A DNA stretch of 64,000 bases, taken from assembly GCA_028534125.1 (NCBI GenBank), contig CM052817.1:53384001-53448000 (forward strand). The letters are read 5' to 3'. A model generated the notes under the pieces. It did not search any database, had not been told where the DNA came from, and was given only the letters and a program-made list of their open reading frames with translations. Below, one piece after another: positions 1 to 13,299 of this stretch. Both the position numbers and the translations under genes were made by a program. Within the stretch, counting starts at the first letter, position 1; each line of letters starts with the position of its first letter. The stretch comes from Lama glama (lineage: Eukaryota).

Positions 1-589
1 TTTTTAGTCACAGATTTCACTTCCCTCATCTAGCTTTATTTTGCTTAGCCTCTGTAATCAGAGACAACATCTATTTCATATTTTATGAGTTCTCAGTCAA
101 CTTTTATTTCCTGTTGTAACTGACGGTCTTATTTAAATAATTAAAGTTGAAAAGTCATTTTAGCTTTCACAAATGAATACTTGAAAGAAAAATCAACTCA
201 ATTATAAATCACTAGTTTCTCCTAATGGTGTACTTGCTTGATTAACTTAAATAAAAATGTATTTACCTTTAACAACTTAGCATATTTAATATAGTCCAAA
301 ATATCTCAATGTATACTAGATAGCACCTCATATTTTTAAATAAAATTTCCATGTAATATATACTAGTTTAAAGATCAAATTTTTAAGTTTTAGCGTGTGC
401 TAGTAAATACTAATGAAAATATAGATACTACTATTATTAAAAAAGATACTAGTATTGGTAGAGTAGTTTTTACTGGACTTACTTTTGTGCAGATAACAAG
501 TACATATAACCTCTGGATAAAGCATAAAAGGCATTGTTAAGTGACCAAAATTAGACAGACATTCCAGAGAATTTGACTCTTGAAAGAAA

Positions 590-1800
590 TAAACCACAAT
601 GGATTAGATACATGTTTATACAGATTTTCCCCTTAAGGTATCCCCACATCTGAAGGTCATGGAGTTAACTAAAACTTCAGAAAAAACCCACAGACTTTTT
701 AGATTGAGGTATCACAAGACAAAGTTTGGGGCTTCCAGACTGCTGGGATTTGAAGGAAAAGACGAGCTGAAAGAGGACACAAGGAGGGGAAGCCCCAAAG
801 CTTGTATATAAATCTATGCAGGCATGAGGAAGACTTTAAGAAGCCCAGCAGAATGCAGTATGTTGCTAACAGCACAAGGAAAACAAAATTTGGTACATTT
901 TAGATTTTTGTAAACATATTGGGTTTTCCCACGAAATCTAAGAGTGTCCATGCCTTTTTCTCAGGTCTAAGAAGTTCACTTTGGGACTAAAGGCAAAACA
1001 AATACAGACCTGCTCTAAGAAATCATACAACAAATTCTCCAAGATTTCAAGTTAATCATCTAGAACACAAAATTTTAAGAGGGAGATAACAGGAACCAAT
1101 GACTCTGAATTATCCAGATTCCAGTAAAAAATTAATAAACTTGCACAGGAAAAACGAATCTGTAGCCAGGAGAAGCAGCACACAGAAACAGAGCCAGATA
1201 GCACAGAGATTAGATTAATAAGGACTTTAAAGCAGCTAACATAAAATGTTCAAGGAATTAAAGTAAAATCTGGTGATAATAATGCAACTGATATATCAAC
1301 AGATAAATGGGAACTATAAAAAGAAACTAATGAAGTTCTAGGACAGGAAGTACAATATCTGAACGTAAAGATTTATAGGCTTCAGAGAATACTGAACTTT
1401 GCAAATAGAGAGAGAGAAAATGTAAAGATAGTAGAAGGGAATTTATCTAATATACCAAGAAGAAAGATACAAAATTGAAAAAATTAAAGCAAATGTAAGT
1501 AATTATGAATCCATTAGAGGAGAAAGAATTGAAAATAAAAAATAATGAAACTTGAAGAAATATTCAAAAAGCATATAACTTATAGATCCAAGAAGCTCAG
1601 AGAATTCCAATCTTTATAAATATGCATAAACCCACATTTAGTCACATCACAGTCAAACTGCAGAAAACCAAACATGAGACAAAATTTTAAAGATGCCAAA
1701 AACAAGAAGAAGAAAACTTTATACACAAGGGAGCATTGATAGTAATGCTTGTTAAATTCTGATCATAGTATGTAATATTAAAGAAAAAAGACAATTGTCT
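590..1800 (+). mobile_element. Ancient L1 (L1M-type) 5' region and decayed ORF1
   Basis: A-rich strand; ORF1 relic motifs such as gatccaagaagctcagagaattccaa and cacatcacagtcaaactgcagaaaacc (QEAQR..P / HI.VKL-like); no intact frame. Confidence 0.7.
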
Positions 1801-1849
1801 TTAAAATTGTGGTGACACAATTTTAAACACTAGTTGTGTCTACAACTAG

Positions 1850-1992
1850 GAAAGAATTCTTACCAGAATTTGATCATCCTGGTACCCTGACCTCAGACTT
1901 TTAGCCTCCAAAACTGTGAGAAATATATTCCTGTTGTGTATAAGCCACCTAGTCCATGTTTCTTTGTTATAGCAGCCAGAATCCGCCAAGAC
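1850..1992 (+). mobile_element. MaLR LTR 3' fragment (MLT1A/MST-like)
   Basis: cctcagacttttagcctccaaaactgtgagaaat...aagccacctagtc...ttgttatagcagcc...aagaca is a typical MaLR LTR end. Confidence 0.75.
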
Positions 1993-1999
1993 ACTCTCC

Positions 2000-2370
2000 T
2001 CACAATAAAATCTTCAAAAGAGTTGTCAATACTCCTTGCTTCTACTTTCTGATCTTCGATTCTCTCTTGAACTCTCTCCAGTCATCACCTGCCACCTTAA
2101 CTTCTTTGTTGTCAAGGTCACCAGTAACTTTCTCTGTGTTAAGTCCCACAGTTAATCCTCAGTGCCCACTGTACCAGGCCTATCAACACCACTGGATAAG
2201 TTTATTATTTCCTCTTTCTTAAACTATTTCTTCACTTGTCCTCTGGAATACCAGTCTTTTTGCTTCTCCTTCTTTGTTTCTCTTCTGTGTTGTTCTCAGC
2301 TGTATCCACAATGTGTAGGACTGTGATTGCAATGAGTAGTCATGCATTAATACATCTTGAGTGAATAAAT
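2000..2370 (+). mobile_element. L2 fragment including 3' end
   Basis: Pyrimidine-rich L2-like body (gtcaaggtcaccagtaac) and tail ...atacatcttgagtgaataaat. Confidence 0.6.
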
Positions 2371-3974
2371 TCAAGAATACTTGTGTTTTAAAGCCACTCT
2401 TGCTCTTCAGCTAGAAGTAATCATAGACTAGAGCCAAATATAAGCATTAAGAAATGTATGCCAATCATCTATCTCTTCTAATAATAGTATAACATGAGAG
2501 AAAATGTTTCTATAAAATTCATAAATACAGCCTAATGACAATAGCTGGGCAATTATTCTGTATGATGTTAAACCACAAGATTTTTTACAGTTTAATTTTA
2601 GTATTGTCTTTCTAATCAGAGTATAATTAACCTTGTTTTGCACTTGTATATAGTCTTAATTTTATATTTATCTACATTGTGTATATAAATTCCACAAATA
2701 TATATTTTCTTCTACATACAAGATTTTCTGTGCAAATTACATGCTTGTCAAAAGCCTTCTCAAATTAAATGGTGAGAAATGATAGCTACACAGAAAATTT
2801 CTGTTTTAAGACCACTATAAAACTTAAATTTTTCATTTAAAAGAAACAATTACAAACAAAAATTAAAATGTGCTTATTGTGCAAGAATGATTAGTTTCTT
2901 TAACATGATCTCTAGAGGCACAGCAGGGTCTCTGTAAAATAAGAACAAGTAGAGCAGGAAAACACAAAATTACTACATAATTTGTCATGTATATTTATAA
3001 TTTTTCTTTGGTTAAAATAGTTTATTATAACTGAGGAGATTATTCCAACCAATGGAGGCATTACCACCTAAGAAGTCCCGAGATTAAAAAGGAGATACCG
3101 TTACTATTTTTTTCAGAACAGAGATACTTGAAGTGTGCTCAAGTAGCATAATTATATTATTCAGGGCTGGCTCACTGCTTTATCAAACTGAGTCTCCTTT
3201 AGGTGAAAAAAACCATCATATAATGATTAGCAGACAGATGTGATTTAATAAATATTTGAGAATAAAAGCACTGCACAATTTTAATGGATCTGTAATTGTA
3301 ATTCCCAAGTATCTTTCCTTCCTCAACTAATTGGGTAATGACATTGCTAGAATTAATCCAAGGTCATCAGCATGCACATAGTGCAGATGGTTTCCCCACT
3401 TTACGGGCAGACAGGGGATTCGAGATTACTGTTGCCTGCTGCTTTTCAAACTAATTTTTATTCTTAAAAATCCACATTTTCACTGCAGCTGAACAGATAA
3501 GCCATATGGTACTTTGTGAACACTTTAAAATATCTGGTGCATGCAATTATTACACTAAAACCAGCAGTGCATTAGTACTTTTCAATTTTGTTGTAAAGAA
3601 AACACATAGTACTATGCTTGTGTGTTTTTCATTTTGTTTTTCCCTCTATGTACCAAGCTTTAGTTAAATTATGGTTTCAGTGAGAATTTTAACCTAAAAT
3701 ATGTTGGTCCGCTGATATGTTTCCTCATATGTAATATATCCCAGCCTAGTTCAGAACTTGCCAAATGCAATCTGACATACTATGTTAATCCATGTAGCTA
3801 CTAGAAAGTTTGGCCTTGAAATATTTTTCAAACTTTCCCTATAGTAACTATGATAAATAGGGATGAGATTATTTCTGTACTTTTGTCAGAATTCTGACAT
3901 GCCATTGGCAGATATGACCATTTAGGGTTTTATGAAGTCTCATTTATGTAGTGTAATGGGTAAAATGTCTTTAT

Positions 3975-4180
3975 TAAAAATAGTAATAGCAATAGTACTT
4001 ATTTGTTAATATTTAACAGTCATTAAAGTATGGGCATATTAAATATCTTTTACAACACAACCTGAGATCAGAGGCAGATGTATCATTATTTTGCATATGA
4101 AAAACTCAGAGATCTTAAATGATTTACTCAAGGTCCCATAGCCAATAAGTAAAAAAAACAAGGGTTAGAACCTGCTACTT
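3975..4180 (-). mobile_element. MIR SINE
   Basis: Degenerate core gaaaaactcagagatcttaaatgatttactcaaggtcccatagccaataagt. Confidence 0.65.
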
Positions 4181-4302
4181 CTTTAGTCTTCCTAGAGCCT
4201 GTTCTGCCCTAGTGGGTAAGTCCAGGGTCCTGTCTTTATCATTTTCCTCTGACCCTATTCATAGGTTAGGAAATAGCCATGTAAAGACAGGCAAGATTAA
4301 TC

Positions 4303-4947
4303 TATATTAGTCAGGGTTCTCCAGAGAAATAGAACCAGAAAGATATAGATGATAGATGACAGATGATGATAATGATGATGATGATGATAGATAGATAGAC
4401 AGACAGACAGATAGACAGACAGACATATAAGACATATAGGTAAGATAGAAAGAGATTTATTAAAAGGAATTGGCTCATGCAACTGTAGATGAAGGCAAGT
4501 CCCCAGATCTACAGGGCAAGTCGGCAAACTGGAGACACAGGAGAGCCAACAGCTTACTTGCAATATAAGTCCAAAGCCCCAAGAACCAGGAAATCTGATC
4601 ATGTATTTCCTGACAAAAGGCCAGCAGGTTTGAGACCCAGAAAGAGCCAATGCTTCAGTTCAAGTCTGAAGACAAGAAAAAGGTCAATGTTCCCATTCAA
4701 AGGTAGTCAGGAAGGACAAATCCTTCCTTTCTTGGGGGAAGGGTTAGCCTATTTGTTCTATTTAGGACTTAAACTGATTGAATGAGGCCTACTCATGCTA
4801 GGGAGAGAAGCTGCTTTACTCAGTTCACTGATTTAAACATAAATCTCATCCAAATTCACCCTCACAGAAACATTCAAAATAATATTTGGCCAAATATATG
4901 GACACCACACAGCCCAGTCAAGTTGACATATAAAATTAACCATCACA
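4303..4947 (-). mobile_element. MLT2 (ERVL) solo LTR containing a GATA/GAT/GACA microsatellite
   Basis: Starts tatattagtcagggttctccagagaaa and ends ccagtcaagttgacatataaaattaaccatcaca, the reverse complement of the MLT2 termini. Confidence 0.9.
4340..4445. repeat. Compound (GATA)n/(GAT)n/(GACA)n microsatellite
   Basis: Directly visible. Confidence 0.9.
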
Positions 4948-5199
4948 AAAACAAACTAAATTTTTGCTTTAATTTTATTTTTTCTATATAGTTTTCCTAA
5001 TTCATAAGCTCTGTTTAAATTAATCTCCATAAATCATATTCTAAGTAGATACATAAATATATTTACATATACATGATATATATGTATGTATGTGCATATA
5101 TATATATGTGTCCAAAAGTCATCACTATAGTGAAACAAAAAACCTAAAAATTTATATCAGACTCTGTAAAGAGTCTGAGGAGTATCACCCAAATAACTT

Positions 5200-5810
5200 A
5201 TCCTCTTTATTCCAAGGAGGAATTATCCTAAGACTTGAATGTAGAGATATAGTGTGAACTGAGCTGGACACTGGAAGATAGGTTATAATCAGTTAAATTC
5301 AATGGACCAAAAAAAGACTATTCCAAGCCTAGGGAAGCCTGAATGAAGTGAAAGGAACACATTTGGTAAACAATTTTTGCAAAACATGCTGAGGACTAAC
5401 AAGGATCAAATAAGAGAGATAAATTAGAAGGATTATGGATAATATCAAACACCTCAAGTAGGCAGGAATTTATCCACAGAAATACGGAATCAACTGATGA
5501 CTTTGAGCCAAGAGATAATACAATGAAAGTCAGGTTTCTGAAAATTTTTCTTGAGGTGATAAATGAAATACACTCAAAATGAAGGCAGAGATAAAAAGGA
5601 AAACATGAAAATTCAGAATCCTTGGCACAAATTTATAAGTGTATATAACAGAGTAGCAGAAGAAGGATAAGAAAAGGAAACAAAAACATTACTAAGGAAA
5701 ACTAAAAATAAACCAGTTTGAATATGTAAAAGAGGAAAATTGAATTCTATGTCAAGATTTCAAGATAAGATAGCCCAGGAATGATATCTCTCATAGAAAT
5801 TAAGAACTAA
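5200..5810 (-). mobile_element. L2 fragment
   Basis: Purine-rich, degenerate L2-like minus-strand sequence. Confidence 0.45.
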
Positions 5811-5852
5811 GGACCAAGGGTTTACAGCATGTATAAGAACAATTAAAAACCA

Positions 5853-6082
5853 GAGATTTGCAAATACTAACTACTATACATAAAATAGATAAGACCCAAA
5901 TTTCTTCTGTATAGCATAGGAAACTGTATTCAATATCTTGTAGTAACCTATAATGAAAAAGAATATGAAAATAAATATATGTCTGTGTGTGACTGAAACA
6001 TTGTGCTATACACCAGAAACTGACACATTGTACTAACTATACTTTAATTAAAAAAGGGCTCAAAAAGCCAAAAAAAAAAAAA
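5853..6082 (+). mobile_element. 5'-truncated cetartiodactyl/camelid-type L1 3' end
   Basis: gagatttgcaaatactaactacta...ctgtatagcataggaaac...tagtaacctataatgaaaaagaatatg...ccagaaactgacacattg followed by an A-rich tail. Confidence 0.9.
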
Positions 6083-7488
6083 CCAATGAAGAAAGGAAAG
6101 AAAAAGGGTTCATAAAAAATAATCAAATTGGAACAATTTACTTGGAGATCTAAAGAGGACTATGTGTCAAATAGAGTAGATGTTCCAGAGGGAATAAATA
6201 ACAACAGACTTACACACACATAGATGACAGATGAACCTGTAGTTCCAACAGGGAGATAACTGGTGGAACTGTTTGTAGCCCTTATACTAGATGAACATTC
6301 CATACAGTAATCAAATGCAGAGGAAAAAAAACACTGTCACTGAATTCTAATTGCTTTCACTACTTCATCTCTCTGTGGAGATAAGTATTAGTTATGGAGT
6401 GTTGATGTAGATGGCAGTCATCCTGTTTGCCACAAACTCATTTGCATGGAAAAGCACACATCAGTTAGACCCCTGTCAAAATAATTAGCTAAGCATGAAA
6501 TAAGGCCTTTTAGATGTTAGAACATTCCAAGCATTAACTCTTTATTTTTTAAACATATGAAACCAAGTTGACACGTTTTACAGAAATAATAAGCATGGTA
6601 CATAATTGTACATTTTTCATGTTACTTTTTCCTTGGTTTTCCTTATGTATTTAATAAAGTATCTAATTTGGTAAAATAAAACATTAGCAGCTGGTAATCA
6701 CTGAGATAATGAGAAATGGAATTTCTTCTCACTGTTCTCATCCTTCTTATTCTATGTGAGGTGTTATGAAATTGAAATAAAATCCATTTCAATTCAAAGA
6801 GCTCTTTTCTCTTACTGTAGAGCTTGATAAACAGCATTACTGAATTCAGGGCAATCATAATTTAATCACCACGTACCCATCATCTAACACAAGGTTCACA
6901 AGAATATATCCTTTCCTATTCTTATATGAAGCAAAACCCAAGGTTGAAGTGTGCTTGAAAACAACTTGTTACTAAGGGCGTTCTCTCCTTGCTCCTCCTC
7001 GTGAGCATGAAAAGAGAAAACATCAGGGCTAATACTTCTGGAAGATGTGATTTGTTGATTTATGAATAAGTTTATTTTACAAATATTGAGCCTGCTTCTT
7101 TCAGTGAATTTACTGTCCACTATTAAAAATTTGAAAACCATGAAGTTGATATTAGTCCCTTTTATTACTTATCTTTTAGATTAAGACATTTAATGAAATG
7201 ATGGTCATTTTGGTAAATTAACTCCTCTAATTTCCATGTCCTCAGGCTATTTCAAACATTGAACAAACTTTTCAGTACTTAAAATACTACATTTTGTGGA
7301 TATGGAAATGAATGAGAAGCATCACCTATACTCAAGTCTTCTCCACAGTGGCTAAAACATTTACAGTTACTGCTCTATTAATTGAACAAAAATTGAAGGT
7401 CACTTCACACACAAGTGCTTGTCTTTCTTATCTACTTTGTATTAGTCAAAATTGATCCCAAGCACTCAAACATTATATTCTTCTAATT

Positions 7489-7681
7489 CAAGGTGTCCCA
7501 ACTTCATCACTATTGACATTTAAGTGCAGATAATCCTCTGTTGTGGGGCTGTCCTCTGCATTGTAGTATGTTTAGAAGCACCCTTAGTCTCTGCTCACTA
7601 GATGTTAGTAACATACCCCTACAGGTGACAGTGAACACTGTGTCCGGATATTGCCAAATTGTCCCTGGTTGAGAAGCACTT
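7489..7681 (-). mobile_element. MER20 hAT DNA transposon (non-autonomous)
   Basis: Matches reverse complement of MER20 (actattgacattt...ctgttgtggggctgtcct...ctagatg...ggttgagaagcact); near-matching 8-bp TSD ttctaatt/ctctcatt. Confidence 0.85.
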
Positions 7682-7716
7682 CTCTCATTGTAGAGGAGGA
7701 CAACAACATTTAAAAG

Positions 7717-8035
7717 GCATGGATGGACCTAGAGATTATCATACTAAGTAAAGTAAGTCAGAAAGAGAAAGACAAATACCATATGGTATCACTTATATGT
7801 GGAATCTAAAATATGATACAAATGAACTTGTCTACAAAACAGAAACAGACTCACAGACATAGAAAAAAACTTATGGTTACTAAGGGGAAAGGGAGGGAGG
7901 GAGGGAGGGATAAATTAGGAGTTTGGGATTAGCAGATACAAACTATTATATACAACAAGGTCCTGCTGTATATAGCACAGGGAACTATATTCAGTATTGT
8001 GTATGAAACCATACTGGAAAAGAATATACATATAT

Positions 8036-8079
<44 letters not shown>

Positions 8080-8157
8080 TATATATATAACTGAATCACT
8101 TTGCTGTACACCTGAAGCTAACACAACATTGTAAATAAACTATACTTCAATTAAAAA
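7717..8157 (+). mobile_element. 5'-truncated cetartiodactyl-type L1 3' end with (TA)n(CA)n expansion
   Basis: catggatggacctagagattatcatactaagt (ORF2 C-terminus WMDLE..IL) through 3' UTR to tacttcaattaaaaa; tttaaaaggca-like duplication on both sides. Confidence 0.92.
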
Positions 8158-8614
8158 TGTTTTAAAAAGGCAATCAGAGGGAAGGGAGTTCACACAGAGA
8201 AGACCTAAGAAATAGAAGGAAAAACAGAAGAAAGCCTGAGAAATCAAGAGAGGGAAGAATTTCAAGAAGGAATCTGATCAGTGGTGTCACATGCTATGCA
8301 CAGTAATAAAGATAAGGTCCTAGAATGGAGCTTAAAGAGAGCACTTGAGGAGTGATTTTTATGTATTGACCTTTACCATACGGCATCCTCCTCTAGCCCA
8401 GGAGTTCTTAAGTGGCCATGCACATCTGTGTCACCTAGACATCTCAAGCTCCAGAGATTCAAATTCATCATCATGGAATGTACTGGGTTATATGTATATA
8501 TTTTGGAAAAAGAAATTTACCTGAGAGATCCCAGAATGCATCCTAATTAACAGATATTTCTCTAATCCCATTTTCTGTTTCCTTTTTTCCTCTGTAATTT
8601 CCCCCCTATCTTTA

Positions 8615-8795
8615 GCAGCGTGAGATAGTATAAAGAATACTGAACTCAGCTGTTCTGGTCAGAGTTCTTAGTTCCCAAGTTGACACTAAATAAATGTGTT
8701 TACTGGAAAAACTCCCTTAAACTCTCAGCCTCAGTTTAATCACCTGTAAAATTGGATTGGACAGTCTCTCTAACACTGATCTTCTACATATAATC
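8615..8795 (+). mobile_element. MIR SINE
   Basis: ccttaaactctcagcctcagtttaatcacctgtaaaattgg core. Confidence 0.65.
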
Positions 8796-9551
8796 TGATA
8801 AAACAACCACAGTAAACAGATTCTTGGTGGAAATATTAGCTGATCCATTCCAAGCAGATACAAATATTATGAAAATAGAGAAGTAAACTACAGACTACAG
8901 AGTAGATTATACTCTAAAATGTGATACAATCATCACATAGTAACTTGTAATGATATTTCAAATTATAATATATGCAGACAGCTGGAAAAAACAAAGTAGT
9001 ATATAATATACTAGATGTCCAAATAGAAAAAATTAATTCCCAAAACAACATTTTGAGTGACTGTACATTTCTATGTTCTGAAGAATGAATTTTGACATAT
9101 TTGCATATATTACAGGTTTTTTTCTACCAATGAGATTACTATCTACATTTAGTTTGGAAATTTTGTTTTTCCTGTACATTCACTGCAACTCCTTTATCAT
9201 TATGAAAGTTGTCATCTCTGAACATCCACCACCAATGCCACAATAACTACTTCTCAAGCATGGGAGGTGGAGAAGAGGCAACCCAAGTTGCAGTTTGTGG
9301 ACTGGTGCATCTGCTGGAACATCCACCACAGCCACAGTTTCAACCTGAACACAGGGGAATGGATGCAGGAATGCTGGTGCCAGACATCTACAGACCTTCA
9401 AACCTTGTTTCCAACAGCCAAGTACCTCAGGAAAAAGTGTTCTGCCTTATTGTCACTTTTCAGAACTCACACAAGTGCATCTTATTTGTTGAAACTAATT
9501 CTTTCAGCCAAAAGATATCTCGATTAGTTTTTGAACATCCCCCAAAAGAAG

Positions 9552-10094
9552 TACTAGGTAGGTAGGTAGGTGGGGGCATCGGGCAGATAAGGTGGAGAAG
9601 AGGGAGGATGGTCTGGGAGATGGCAGTATGCCTGCCTTCAGCATAAAGGGGCTTTACTACCTCTAAATGCATACCATCAAGTAACCAATCAGCACCCAAC
9701 AGCCACAAAGGTAGTGACAAGGATCTAATCAGACATGATTATATTACAATGCTCATTGTAATATAATTAGCATTGAGGTTTAGGCCCATGGGTTTTCCTG
9801 TATGCATCATGGGTAAGGACATTTGCAAAAGGGAATGAACATGACTAAGCACTCCAGGAGCAAAAGCCATCAATCAATCAAGAGATTACCTCTAAGTAAG
9901 GGTATAAGAGAAGGGGCAAACAAAGACTATTGCTATCCACCCTCGAATCAGTCCATCTCCCATTCTTGGAGGTATACTTTCTCTTTGCTAATAAAACCCT
10001 TAAAATATTTTGCTACACAATGCTTCAGTCTCCCATCTGAATTCTTATCTTTTGAGTAACATGAGAACTTCTCCCTTCCACTTTTGGGGTAACA
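9552..10094 (+). mobile_element. ERV1-type solo LTR (same family as 13956-14529)
   Basis: Decayed start tactaggtagg and end ggggtaaca; perfect 4-bp TSD gaag (9548-9551 and 10095-10098); TATA-like gggtataag and AATAAA near 9990; colinear with the reverse complement of 13956-14529. Confidence 0.88.
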
Positions 10095-10354
10095 GAAGCA
10101 GAGCAGAATAATATTTGACAGAATTTGAAGAATGCCCCACAGTGTATTTCTGAATTTTTCTCCTCAAATGGAGTAACAAGAGCAACAGTAATCTCTTTGA
10201 GTTGGTGATCTTTATTCTTGGCCATGATGGTATTATCAGCAAAGGACTTGAGCTATCTTAAAGGTTTAATGGATGTTGATGTGATTGATGTGACTATTAA
10301 GTAAGTAATCATAAAAATAGCTGATGTAAACTGAAGCAGGAAAAATTTATTAGT

Positions 10355-10585
10355 TAAACGTTCAAACCCTGGAGTAAAGCTTCTGGACTAAAATTTTAGC
10401 TGTACCATTTAGCTAACTATAGGACTATGGGAAAGTTACATAAATTTCCTGTTCCTCAGAGATTTTTTTATATGTGAAATAAGAGCTATAATATTACCTG
10501 CTTCATGTTATTTTGAGGATTAAAAAAGAAAATCTGTGGAAGGCATCTAACTCAATGATTGCCACTTGGTATAAATAGTACTAAT
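10355..10585 (+). mobile_element. MIR SINE
   Basis: gactatgggaaagttacataaatttcctgttcctcag...gtgaaataagagctataatattacctgcttc...tgaggattaaa. Confidence 0.7.
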
Positions 10586-11144
10586 TAAATCAAACTGTAT
10601 TTATCAGACTATCAAGACCATCCTGAAAGAATTTTTAAAATTATTATGGTATCCACCCATCCATATTATCTCCAATTTGTCTATACGTAATTGGTCAAAT
10701 GTTATGTACAAATATTTTTTCTCAGACTATTTTGTGGTTACAATGGTGGCCATATTTTACAGCCTGAAATTAACTCTACTTTATTATGTAATAGAATCTT
10801 TGGGAGGAAAAGCTGATTATCCAAAAAGATGGCCTAAATTTTTTTGATCAAACTTATAGATCTATAGATATTGCTATAGTCATTTACTTCATTCTGTAGT
10901 ACTTAATTTGAATTTCTAAAACATAATTTAAACTGTTTAATAATTTCTTGACCTCCTGAAAAGGGGCATTTTCCCCCAACTACTAGCTCCCTAATGTGAC
11001 ATAGAGATAATGAGAAATTCCTAGGATGGAGATAAGTATGTTATGTAAGTTGTAAATAATTATCAGTTTCCTTTTATTTACACAGTTCCACAAGGGCTTG
11101 GGCAATGTTGTCTTCACCTTAGAATGAATAAGAACAGTAGGTAA

Positions 11145-11880
11145 ACAATGTGATATGGTAGAAAGAGCATGAGTTTGAAATTAGGTTCATATACTAGGTT
11201 TAAAAATGCCCACAAATTCCTCCCTTTCCCACATGCACGTCCCTTGGCAATATGACGTCGCCTTTCTTCCTATTAAGAAGTTGAGAAATGTTCTCCATTT
11301 AAGCTTAACCATATAACTTGCTTTACTCGATGGAAAATTAAACAATACAATGTAGAGTCATAAAAAGTGTTTGAGTAGTGAGTGGTTGCCATCTCTCGGT
11401 ATTAAAATCCCTCCACCATGTGAACAAGCTAAGGCTAACTCCCTGAATGATGGAAAACAACATGGAGAGAGGTCCCAAGCTTTCCCAGACACTCCACCCA
11501 TCCCAAATCTGTGAATGAGGCCTCCTAGACTATTCAATCTCTTCCTAATCAAACTGATCCAGACTGAAAGAACTGTCCAGACAACATACAGAATTATAAG
11601 AAAAAATGAAAATGTACTGCTTTAAGCCATGTACTTTGGCATCCATTTGGTGAACAGAAAAAAAAAACTGAAAAGGATCATACTACAGTTCTACTTAATA
11701 AAACTTCTAAAACTTGGACAGACTACTTACATTATTGAAACTCTATTTCATCACTTGGAACACTGAGATAATGTCTGACTATACGTGATTGCGGTGAGAA
11801 TGAAGAGGTAATATCTTTAAAACCCTTAGCATGATGGCTGGTATCTGTTAGGGACTCAGTAATATTCCTTACCTTTCCTT
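11145..11880 (+). mobile_element. MIR split by an MLT1 LTR insertion
   Basis: MIR 5' part (gatatggtagaaagagcatgag) before ~11189 and MIR 3' part (cttggacagactacttac...gtgagaatgaagaggtaat...cttagcatgatggctgg) after ~11675. Confidence 0.6.
11189..11675 (+). mobile_element. MLT1 (F/G/H-like) MaLR solo LTR
   Basis: aaaaatgcccacaaattcctccc...ccaccatgtgaacaagc...tactgctttaagccat terminal motifs. Confidence 0.75.
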
Positions 11881-12789
11881 TCCTCTCCCCTGAAAGTTTC
11901 TTTCATATGCTTTTGGGGTCACAATGTATATCTGTACAAGATGTGCCAAGCACAGAAGTACCAAACAGTGAGATCTGTAACACAATCCATGCTGTTTCCC
12001 AAACTGTGCACTCATGTTCAGGGTTTTCTCTGTCCAGAGGAAAGGGTACTTTACCTAATTCACACAGAGATAACAGAAGGACTAACTATAGCCTGGATTG
12101 TATGATTAACAAATTTCTGGTGCATTGCATCGAATTGGATTATTCAATAATGGAAAAGTTGAGCTTTAGAAAATAAAGTAGCAACAGTTATCCTGGCTGA
12201 TTTCAAAATCTAGAAGAGTCATCCAAAAGCCATCCTCTCCTTTCCTTGATCTTTAGTGAATTTCACATCTATTTCATTTCAGTACTTTTTAGACATGTCT
12301 ACATTCTAGAAATAATCATCACTTGCCTCAGAAAACTCAAGATGTAATGCACTGTACTTTGATTATAACTACCATCCTCTACTGTTCTGACTCCCTTAAT
12401 TGTGCTACATTTGGGCTTCACCTCTTTTGATTCCCCCATTTTCTCCAATCTATCAGCAGCCTCTTTCAAAACTCTCTTCTCAACCCAGCCTGGATTGTAC
12501 TGTAAATTCCCTAAACTGCTTGCTCATAAATATCCCCAATTTCCTTATATTCCTTTCTTTTACCTTATCTGCATAACAAAAAAGCCCTAATGCTGGATTA
12601 TAGCCAAACCTCCTTTTTCGCTCCCATACCTTTGTTGCCAAGCTACACCAGAGAAAAAAGAAGAGCATAAAAATGTGGATGTTTTACACATTAATATTCT
12701 CCAGCCACAGCTGGACTTTAAACACTGCTTCAATATCCTTGGCCATACTTCATCACATTTCTCAATCCCCACCTGTTTCCACTCACCTA

Positions 12790-13270
12790 TCTATTCACTC
12801 ATTCATTCAAAAATTTGCATTAAGTTTCTACCATACAATTTATATTTTGATGAGACCTGGAGATAAACACTGACCAATATATGGTGAGATCAATAAGCTT
12901 ATATTCTAGTCCAGGAAACAGAAGATAAACCAGAAAACAAAATAATTATAGTTTTTGGTTTTATGGAAGAAATAAATAGAAAAGATGCTCTGAGAGAATT
13001 ACAAATTTGGATGGTGAAGGGGATACGGAGGTAGCATTCTTATATGTTAATCAGAGCAGAACATCTTATAGAACACATTCAAGTTGAAATTTAAAAGATG
13101 AGAAGACAGCCTTAAGAAAAGCTATGGGAAGATGCCCTGGCAAATAGCACAGCATAGGCAAAGGCTTTGTTTGTCAAAATATAGTGTTCTAGAATGTGTC
13201 AGAAGTTCATTATATCTAGACTATGGAGAAATTCCAATGTAGGGTTTAACTATGACATAGGAAGTAGGGT
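12790..13270 (-). mobile_element. L2 3' fragment
   Basis: attcactcattcattcaaaa tail followed by L2 3'-like purine-rich sequence. Confidence 0.6.
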
Positions 13271-13299
13271 GATTCATTCATGGATCATGCCAAAGGAAC

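Noticed and set aside
9210..9240. Minus-strand GGGCSEM matches CCT2; plus-strand WEV..QP.L...FLN spacing recalls UQCRC2
   Set aside because: Mutually incompatible weak matches; flanks do not align at the identity expected of a mammalian processed pseudogene.
9280..9310. QFVDWC matches alpha-tubulin
   Set aside because: Six residues only; the expected PTGFKVGINYQPP does not follow.
10104..10225. Minus-strand LKEITVALVTPFEEK resembles the N-terminus of DapA/NanA aldolases
   Set aside because: Short match only; no GxxGE motif follows, even after removing the LTR; mammalian repeat context.
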